From: Patescibacteria group bacterium
GTDB lineage: Bacteria > Patescibacteriota > Patescibacteriia > PEXW01
Assembly (NCBI GenBank): GCA_041671325.1
Contig: JBAZBR010000002.1
Location: forward strand, 137,978-201,977
Length of the DNA stretch: 64,000 bases
Direction: 5' to 3'
Shown: one piece after another, positions 57,643 to 64,000 of the stretch
Position numbering within the stretch: position 1 is the first letter of the stretch
Layout: each line of letters opens with the position of its first letter
Translations under genes and position numbers: made by a program
Notes under the pieces: model-generated
Told to the model about the DNA's origin: nothing
Database searches by the model: none
Seen by the model: only the letters and a program-made list of their open reading frames with translations

Positions 57643-58644
57643 ATGGAAATAATATTAGCCAAACCTAGGGGTTTTTGCGCTGGTGTTGACCGGGCGGTTG
57701 ATACCGTCGAACTTGCGCTTCGGGTTTTTGGCAGGCCTATTTATGTTAAACATGAGATTGTCCATAATACGCATGTGGTAGAAAAACTGAAAAACCAAGG
57801 CGCAATCTTTGTAGAGGATATAATGGTAATCCCCCAAAATGCCAGGGTAATTTTTAGCGCTCATGGAGTTTCGCCGCAAGTTTGGACTGATGCGAAAGCA
57901 AAAAGTTTGAAGATAATTGACGCTACTTGCCCTTTAGTCAATCGAGTGCATTTTGAAGTGAAAAATTTTGCCAAAAATGGTTATGAAATATTGTTAATTG
58001 GCCATCGTGGGCATATTGAAGTGGAAGGCACTCTGGGTGAGGCGCCGGACAAAGTGATTCTTGTCACTGACTTGGAAGAAGCTAAAAATGTAAAGGTTAT
58101 GAATCCAGAAAAAGTGGCAGTAGTTTCACAGACCACTTTGAGTTTGGATGATACATCAAATATCATGAAAATTTTGAAAAAACGTTTTCCAAAATTGGCC
58201 ACTCCGCCTAAAAGTGATATTTGTTATGCCACTACGAACCGGCAAAGTGCAGTCAAACAACTGGCAAAATTAGTTGAATTGATAATAGTTGTTGGTTCAA
58301 TCCAAAGCTCCAATGCCAATCGCTTGCGGGAAGTATCAGAAGCTTATGGAGCAAAAGCGTATTTAGTTGACAGTTCGGAAGAAATTAATGAAAAATGGTT
58401 TAATGGCATAACAAATATTGGCATAACTTCCGGAGCCTCTACGCCTGAAAATATATTTAATCAAATAGTTAAGTTCATCCAATCAATTACAGGAGCAGAT
58501 GTAAAAGAACTAGATAATATTTCCGAAGAAGTTTGGTTTGCCTTGCCTGAGGAGATTGTAAAAGAGGCGAAATCAAATCCCCAAGGCCAAGAACTCCTGC
58601 AAAAACATAATATTTCCAAAGACGTAAAAATGTCCATCAACTAG
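57643..58644 (+). CDS. ispH: 4-hydroxy-3-methylbut-2-enyl diphosphate reductase
   Basis: GFCAGVDRAV N-terminal motif and three conserved Cys. Confidence 0.9.
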   Translation: MEIILAKPRGFCAGVDRAVDTVELALRVFGRPIYVKHEIVHNTHVVEKLKNQGAIFVEDIMVIPQNARVIFSAHGVSPQVWTDAKAKSLKIIDATCPLVNRVHFEVKNFAKNGYEILLIGHRGHIEVEGTLGEAPDKVILVTDLEEAKNVKVMNPEKVAVVSQTTLSLDDTSNIMKILKKRFPKLATPPKSDICYATTNRQSAVKQLAKLVELIIVVGSIQSSNANRLREVSEAYGAKAYLVDSSEEINEKWFNGITNIGITSGASTPENIFNQIVKFIQSITGADVKELDNISEEVWFALPEEIVKEAKSNPQGQELLQKHNISKDVKMSIN

Positions 58645-58645
58645 C

Positions 58646-58945
58646 ATGCTCAGCAAGGCAGAAGTCATTAAAGTCTTAAAAACCTGCGATGATCCAGAAC
58701 TAGGGATTAACATTGTTGATTTAGGCTTGATTTACGATATAAATATTTCCAAAGATAAAATAGTCAAAGTCAAAATGACCTTGACTACGCCCGGCTGCCC
58801 GCTTTTGGATTATTTTGTGGATATGACGTCCAGCAAAATCAGGGGATTAAAAGAAGTAAAAGATGCCCTGGTTGAGATTACCTTTGACCCGCCTTGGGAC
58901 AAGAGTAAAATGAGCGAAGCAGCCAGGAACCAATTGAATATATAA
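58646..58945 (+). CDS. DUF59/MIP18-family Fe-S cluster assembly protein
   Basis: DPELGINIVDLGLIY motif. Confidence 0.8.
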   Translation: MLSKAEVIKVLKTCDDPELGINIVDLGLIYDINISKDKIVKVKMTLTTPGCPLLDYFVDMTSSKIRGLKEVKDALVEITFDPPWDKSKMSEAARNQLNI

Positions 58946-58951
58946 AAAAAT

Positions 58952-58985
58952 GCCCGCTCAAAGATTTTAAGCGGGCATCTAGGAT
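58952..58985 (+). terminator. intrinsic terminator
   Basis: ATGCCCGCT...AGCGGGCAT with flanking T-run. Confidence 0.6.
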
Positions 58986-58996
58986 ATTTTTATTTT

Positions 58997-59200
58997 CTAA
59001 GAATCTACCGGAGTAGGGAAGAAATAACTCATAGACACAGTGGACGTGGCCGATCCTGTTGAATAAGCATCGGAAGTATTTTCCGTTTGATTTTCAGGAG
59101 ATTGCCCCAGCTTTTCGGTTTTGACCCGTATTGGTCGTTGATCTCCCCGGCGTATTTGCCTGCGTCTTTCATTGTCTTTTGCATTGCCAGATAATGCCAT
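58997..59200 (-). CDS. hypothetical small protein, 67 aa
   Basis: GC-richer ORF with a weak SD. Confidence 0.3.
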   Translation of the reverse strand: MALSGNAKDNERRRQIRRGDQRPIRVKTEKLGQSPENQTENTSDAYSTGSATSTVSMSYFFPTPVDS

Positions 59201-59228
59201 TCTTTACCCCATGTTGAAGGTTGAAAGT

Positions 59229-59489
59229 TCAGCTATCTAACTTAAACTTGATTAATTGAGCAGGTTGGACTTTTCCAGAATTATCAAAAGCCCTTCGTGT
59301 CCGATTCGCGGCTTCGCCATCCCATATCGTGGTTGGGTTGATAATTGTTTTATCAGTTTTCGGGCTTGATTGCTGAGGGGGGAGCTGAGACGCACAGGCA
59401 AGCGTATAAGCGTCGTTATGCCCGACAGAATCAGGCTCAAAAACTGAAACAGGTTTGGCTCGGTGTCTCCATAGCCACCAAAAATCCAT
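59229..59489 (-). CDS. hypothetical small protein, 86 aa
   Basis: Strong SD AAGGAGGATAAC. Confidence 0.45.
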   Translation of the reverse strand: MDFWWLWRHRAKPVSVFEPDSVGHNDAYTLACASQLPPQQSSPKTDKTIINPTTIWDGEAANRTRRAFDNSGKVQPAQLIKFKLDS

Positions 59490-59623
59490 GTTATCCTCCT
59501 TGAAATAATGTCAAAAAAGCGTTAAACGTTTTATTTTATCTAAATTCAGGATATAACAATCTAAACCTTTAAAAAACATATGTCAAGGGTAAGTTCACCG
59601 AATATCCATGCTATAATTATCGT

Positions 59624-60373
59624 ATGAACAAAGCTTGGATTTTTTCCATCATCAGTGTTTTAGCAGTTAGTCTGGTTTCATTGATCGGGGTTTTTACCTT
59701 AAGCATGCAGGGGAATAAACTGAAGAAGTGGATTTTATATATGGTAAGTTTTGCCGCTGGCGCCATGTTAGGCGATGCTTTTATCCATTTATTGCCCGAA
59801 AGCGTTAAGGAAAATTCCTCAATTGAAACCGTGGCTTTTTCCATCTTAACCGGCATTGTTATTTTTTTCGTACTGGAAAAGATAATTTTCTGGCGCCACT
59901 GCCACCAGCCAACCAGTAAAAATCATATTCACGCCGTTGGCCCCATCAATTTAATTGGCGATGGCTTCCATAATTTTATTGATGGCATCATCATTGGCGC
60001 CAGCTATTTAGTCAGTATTCCCTTGGGCATCGCGACTACTGTGGCGGTTCTAATCCATGAGATCCCCCAGGAAATTGGTGATTTTGGCGTTTTGCTTCAC
60101 GCGGGTTATACCAGGAAACAAGCAATTGGTTTTAATTTCCTTTCGGCTTCAGCGGCTATGCTTGGCACGATATTAACTTTAATCATCGGACAGAGGGCGG
60201 AGGGTTTGGTGCATTTTTTACTGCCCTTTACCATCGGCGGATTTATTTATATTTCCGCAGCTGACTTGATGCCGGAATTGCACGGCGAAAAACATACTAA
60301 AGAATCTTTCCTCCAGCTGTTCTATTTTTTACTGGGAATTGGCCTAATGGCGCTAATGCTGTTGTTGGACTAA
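59624..60373 (+). CDS. ZIP family metal (zinc) transporter
   Basis: HEIPQEIGDFGVLL motif and 8 TM helices. Confidence 0.85.
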   Translation: MNKAWIFSIISVLAVSLVSLIGVFTLSMQGNKLKKWILYMVSFAAGAMLGDAFIHLLPESVKENSSIETVAFSILTGIVIFFVLEKIIFWRHCHQPTSKNHIHAVGPINLIGDGFHNFIDGIIIGASYLVSIPLGIATTVAVLIHEIPQEIGDFGVLLHAGYTRKQAIGFNFLSASAAMLGTILTLIIGQRAEGLVHFLLPFTIGGFIYISAADLMPELHGEKHTKESFLQLFYFLLGIGLMALMLLLD

Positions 60374-60389
60374 AATTTCCAGAAAATAA

Positions 60390-61736
60390 TTATTTGGCCA
60401 CACCTTGAATAAAGCCAACGACTTTTTTGTGTTGAGCCAGCATGATTTCTTTAGTATCGCCTTCAACGGTAATCCTAAGCAGCGGTTCAGTGTTGGAAGC
60501 CCGGACATTGACCCACCAATCTTTGTATTCAATGGTTACCCCATCAAGTTCATCTTGCTTAGCATCGGCAAAGTGGTTTTTAACCGCCTGGATGACTTCT
60601 GGGATATTATTTACCGTAATATTCGTTTCATCAGCTCTTGAATAAGGGTTTAAGCCCTCAACCGCTTCTGAAAGTTTCTGATTTTTTTCGGAAATAAGCA
60701 TTAATAAAATTAAAACCGCAATGAAGCCTGAATCGCCAAAGTAATTTTTTCGGAAGCAATAATGGGCGGAAACCTCGCCACCCATGACGCCATTGTTATC
60801 CCGGATGGCTTTGGAAACATTTACAAAACCAACTGGGGTACGGATTGGCTTGCCGCCCCATTCTGTGATCCTTTGGGGGACGGCTTTGCTGCAAATGGCA
60901 TTATAAGAGATGACTGCCCCAGGTTCCCGTTCTAAAAAATATTTAGCTAAAAGTAAAAGGGTTGTGTCGGCCCGGACAAAATCGCCATTTTCCGTGACAA
61001 AAAACAGGCGGTCGGTATCACCATCCATAATAATCCCGAAATCCGCTTTTTCCTCAACTACCATTTTTTTGATTTGAACCTGGGATTCTGGAAGCAGTGG
61101 ATTGGAAGGGTGGGCTGGAAAGTTTCCGTCAAGTTTAAAGTTTAATGGGATTAATTGGCACGGGAGTTTTTCAAAAATCATAGGCATGACTTTACCGGCC
61201 ATGCCATTGCCGGCGTCAACTACAATTTTAAATGGTTTGATTTTGTCCTTATCGATAAAGGAAAAAATATGCTCAATGTACTCTTTCCAAATATTTTTTT
61301 CAGCTAATATGCCAGGTTTTTTTGTTGGAGTAAAGGTTTTGCCTTTAATGAATTCATAAACTTCTTGGCCTCTGACCATTCTAATGCCATTATCTAGTAC
61401 TGTCATTTTAAAGCCATTATATTCCTTAGGGTTATGAGAAGCGGTAGTCATTACGCCCCCGCCATATTTAAAGTGACCAGTCGAAAAATAAACCGCGTCA
61501 ATTGGGACTAAGCCAATATCATCAACATCCACGCCCTGGCTAAGGACGCCAGCAATAAACTGTTTTGTTAATTCTGGCGAGCCAAGCCGCATATCCCTGC
61601 CTACAAAGATTTTTTTAACCTTGGTCATTTGGGCATAGGCTTGGCCAACTACATAAGCGGTTTCTTCATTAAGTTCAGTTGGGTAAATGCCCCGGATGTC
61701 ATAAGCTTTGAAAACTTTTGGATTTAGATTATTCAT
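60390..61736 (-). CDS. phosphoglucomutase/phosphomannomutase family protein
   Basis: Active-site TASHNP plus sugar-binding loops. Confidence 0.9.
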   Translation of the reverse strand: MNNLNPKVFKAYDIRGIYPTELNEETAYVVGQAYAQMTKVKKIFVGRDMRLGSPELTKQFIAGVLSQGVDVDDIGLVPIDAVYFSTGHFKYGGGVMTTASHNPKEYNGFKMTVLDNGIRMVRGQEVYEFIKGKTFTPTKKPGILAEKNIWKEYIEHIFSFIDKDKIKPFKIVVDAGNGMAGKVMPMIFEKLPCQLIPLNFKLDGNFPAHPSNPLLPESQVQIKKMVVEEKADFGIIMDGDTDRLFFVTENGDFVRADTTLLLLAKYFLEREPGAVISYNAICSKAVPQRITEWGGKPIRTPVGFVNVSKAIRDNNGVMGGEVSAHYCFRKNYFGDSGFIAVLILLMLISEKNQKLSEAVEGLNPYSRADETNITVNNIPEVIQAVKNHFADAKQDELDGVTIEYKDWWVNVRASNTEPLLRITVEGDTKEIMLAQHKKVVGFIQGVAK

Positions 61737-61980
61737 AAAATAAGTTTAAATAGCAATGGGATTATTGTAACACTAGAAAAAATATTGCGGAAGTAATTTG
61801 CCAAGCGTTTAAATCATTGATTGAAAATACCATTAAAATCGCGCATTATTTGAAAGAAATCCAAAAACCTTATGTAGTAATAATGTATTTTAAGAGTCAA
61901 TTTATCCAACCTGTTTTAGTGGCTTTAGGTATTGCGGGTTTTTATTTACTGCTTTTATATTATCAACCTCGCTTTATACC

Positions 61981-62211
61981 ATGACTAAACACCCGCGATT
62001 TTGGCGGATTGTCCATTACTTGGGTTTTCCTATGTTTGTTTTATTATTTTTACACGGAATACTTTTAGGTACGGATACCAAACAAATTTGGATGCAAATA
62101 ATCTATTGGGCGACTGGTAGTGCCGTGGGGCTAGCTGTAATTTATCGCATCCTTTGGCGATATTATCATCGGCAAATACCAGTTTTGAATATACCAGAAA
62201 GCAAGGTTTGA
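61981..62211 (+). CDS. small membrane protein, 76 aa
   Basis: Two TM helices. Confidence 0.4.
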   Translation: MTKHPRFWRIVHYLGFPMFVLLFLHGILLGTDTKQIWMQIIYWATGSAVGLAVIYRILWRYYHRQIPVLNIPESKV

Positions 62212-62280
62212 GGTTTTATTGCCAAAATTAGACTTATGTCATAAACTAAGTAAGCTTTATTTTGAAAGGAGAGGCGAAGT

Positions 62281-62406
62281 ATGCACTTTCATTTTTCTGA
62301 TGCCACAAAAGGCGTCCTATGGGAAACCGCTAGATGGGGTGCCCAACGATTAGGAGTCATTCTCGGCATCCTATTCGTTGGGGGTATTCTCGCTCTTTTC
62401 GATTGA
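62281..62406 (+). CDS. unannotated small membrane protein, 41 aa
   Basis: GAAAGGAGAGG SD 6 nt before the ATG. MHFHFSDATKGVLWETARWGAQRLGVILGILFVGGILALFD, followed by a hairpin terminator. Confidence 0.35.
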   Translation: MHFHFSDATKGVLWETARWGAQRLGVILGILFVGGILALFD

Positions 62407-62479
62407 CACGATTAACTACTTTAACAGACTCCTCGCACCAGCGGGGAGTTTTTAAATTAAAATACCCAATTACTAATTT

Positions 62480-62760
62480 TGATTCTTGTATCAAAAGGGG
62501 GTCCCCAAATTTTCCATCAGAAAATTTGGGGAGAGAGGCAAAAAAATTCAAATTCGACAAGCTAGTGCAAACGTGGAGCGCATCCCGAGCTTGTCGAGGG
62601 AGAGCACGCGTTTGCACTAAAAAGCGAGGCTTCGCACAGAGGCCGAAGCGGGGCGTGTCAAAGAAACGCCACGCGCAGGTCGACGTGCGAAACGAGCTGG
62701 TCGGGGATCCGGGACTTGCCCGGCATAGCCGGGTCCGGCTCTGCCGGAAACCCAAATAGT
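62480..62760. other. GC-rich highly structured non-coding segment adjacent to tRNA-Pro (candidate ncRNA, unclassified)
   Basis: Nested perfect stems: CCCCAAATTTT/AAAATTTGGGG, GACAAGCT/AGCTTGTC, GTGCAAACG/CGTTTGCAC, GCTTCG/CGAAGC, CCCGGC-ATA-GCCGGG. Overlapping ORFs on both strands are artefacts. Confidence 0.3.
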
Positions 62761-62784
62761 TAAGAAATTTTGATTAAATAAATT

Positions 62785-62860
62785 TGGTCGGGGTGGTGGG
62801 ACTTGAACCCACGGCCTCAGCGACCCGAACGCTGCGCGCTACCAACTGCGCTACACCCCG
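62785..62860 (-). tRNA. tRNA-Pro (anticodon CGG), CCA encoded
   Basis: Acceptor CGGGGTG/CACCCCG (7/7), anticodon stem CAGCG/CGCTG with loop TTCGGGT, T-arm GTGGG-TTCAAGT-CCCAC. Confidence 0.85.
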
Positions 62861-62922
62861 AAAACTTATTCGAGATTACCTGGATATTGACGAAATGTCA
62901 AAGAAAAGGTAATTTAAGACTT

Positions 62923-63624
62923 ATGTCAGATAATCAATCAATGGCCATCCCTAATCATATTGGTTTTATTATGGATGGGAATCGTCGGTGGGCCAAAGAA
63001 CATGGCCTTTCAACCTTTGAAGGTCATCAAAATGGGTATAAAAAAATTCGATCAGTTCTTGACTGGTGTATAAATCGTGGAATTTATGTTGTAACGGTTT
63101 TTGCTTTTTCAACCGAGAATTGGAATCGTGCAAAAGACGAAGTGTCTTATTTGATGGAGTTGATGCACTGGGCTATTAAGAATGAATTGCAGGAATTGCA
63201 AAAACAGAAAGTGAAAGTTAATTTCCTCGGCAGGCTTGATGGACTACCTATTAAACTGCAAAAAGCAATGACTGATCTTGTTGAAAAGACTAAGAATAAT
63301 TCCAGGGCAGTATTGAATTTAGCAGTTAATTACGGTGGCAGGGCGGAGATAATTGATGCGGTAAAAAAAATTGCTATAGATAATCCTAAACTAACAGATG
63401 TTCAAGAGCGTGATATTAATAAGTTTTTATACGCGAGCTCTGTCCCTGATCCAGATTTAATAATAAGAACCTCAGGTGAAAAAAGACTTTCTGGTTTTTT
63501 ATTGTGGGAGGCGGCATATGCAGAGCTATTTTTCACAAAAAAGAAATGGCCAGAGTTTTCTGAATTGGATTTAGACGAAGCCGTAAAAGACTTTGGCAAG
63601 CGAAAAAGGAATTTCGGCGTTTAA
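62923..63624 (+). CDS. uppS: isoprenyl transferase (undecaprenyl diphosphate synthase)
   Basis: IMDGNRRWA motif. The track ORF extends upstream over the tRNA; start set at MSDNQSM. Confidence 0.85.
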   Translation: MSDNQSMAIPNHIGFIMDGNRRWAKEHGLSTFEGHQNGYKKIRSVLDWCINRGIYVVTVFAFSTENWNRAKDEVSYLMELMHWAIKNELQELQKQKVKVNFLGRLDGLPIKLQKAMTDLVEKTKNNSRAVLNLAVNYGGRAEIIDAVKKIAIDNPKLTDVQERDINKFLYASSVPDPDLIIRTSGEKRLSGFLLWEAAYAELFFTKKKWPEFSELDLDEAVKDFGKRKRNFGV

Positions 63625-63693
63625 AATTAGCTTAAACTAATAATCCAAGTTTGGACAAAACCAGGCTTTTGTTATAATTTTAAGTCATCACTT

Positions 63694-64000
63694 ATGATTT
63701 TCCACCCATTATTACAGCCTAAAAAAACTAATTTGGAGACAAAGATAAGCAACTTTGCCAATGACATGGCTACCCGTGAACCCGAGGAGCTTAATAAGCC
63801 AATTAGTGTTTATAACAAGGGCTGGGTGATGGTAATGACGATTTACGCACTATTGGCGGTTTTGGCTTTTATGCTGGTCCCGGTAATAACTTTGACTTTT
63901 GGCGAATCAACCACGAATTTTTTAGAAAACGTCAAGGATTTGGTAAATTTTGGCGCGCCAACGCTTTTAATTGTCGCTATTCTTGTTGGCATAACTGGTT
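63694..64000 (+). CDS. cdsA: phosphatidate cytidylyltransferase, N-terminal part (runs off the window)
   Basis: Hydrophobic N-terminus; typical uppS-cdsA arrangement. Confidence 0.5.
   Translation, partial: MIFHPLLQPKKTNLETKISNFANDMATREPEELNKPISVYNKGWVMVMTIYALLAVLAFMLVPVITLTFGESTTNFLENVKDLVNFGAPTLLIVAILVGITG

Noticed and set aside
62480-62790. tmRNA (ssrA), suggested by a GGGG...ATTCGAC-like plus-strand start.
   Set aside because: There is no tRNA-like T-arm/acceptor 3' end complementary to the 5' GGGGAGA, and no tag-peptide reading frame ending in Ala-Ala. Therefore only an unclassified structured element is reported.

Overview
This is a low-GC bacterial chromosomal window (about 38% GC, standard code, TGA used as a stop). 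It carries the heat-shock locus CIRCE-hrcA-grpE-(hsp20)-dnaK ... dnaJ, followed by cysS, a tRNA-dihydrouridine synthase, sodA, an Elp3-like radical-SAM protein, dnaX, ispH, a PMM/PGM mutase, uppS and a partial cdsA, plus tRNA-Gln(CUG) and tRNA-Pro(CGG) on the minus strand.

The first ~5.7 kb is markedly GC-richer (about 50%). It holds a porin-like secreted protein, a 3' tRNA fragment, and small membrane-protein genes preceded by a conserved structured leader.

Two insertion sequences are present. An IS1595-family element lies at 8526-9386. An IS481-family element at 18773-19728 is inserted just upstream of the hrcA CIRCE operator.

The most unusual region is a ~7 kb array at 26.2-33.2 kb that splits dnaK from dnaJ. 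It contains about 11 small, mutually unrelated genes, 9 on the minus strand. Each sits in the same intergenic module: a GC-rich structured repeat, a near-consensus sigma70 promoter whose -35 TTGACA is fused to that repeat, a 5'UTR, the ORF, and a repeated hairpin terminator. The array is bracketed by two diverged paralogs (about 88% nt identity) of a DUF3467-like gene. It carries a GNAT acetyltransferase and a DHFR-like gene. No integrase or attC-like sites are visible, so it is an integron-like but distinct cassette system.

A second GC-rich palindromic repeat family (CCCTCTCC-N-GGAGAGGG and CCCCGCGGCCGCGGGG cores) is scattered at eight or more loci and generates spurious ORFs. Two ORF-free units look like candidate ncRNAs: a promoter-structured RNA-terminator unit at 47.06-47.34 kb, and a GC-rich structured segment beside tRNA-Pro. 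There are no CRISPR arrays and no cas genes. Coordinates of RNA elements, promoters and repeats are hand-derived and approximate (about +/-5 nt).
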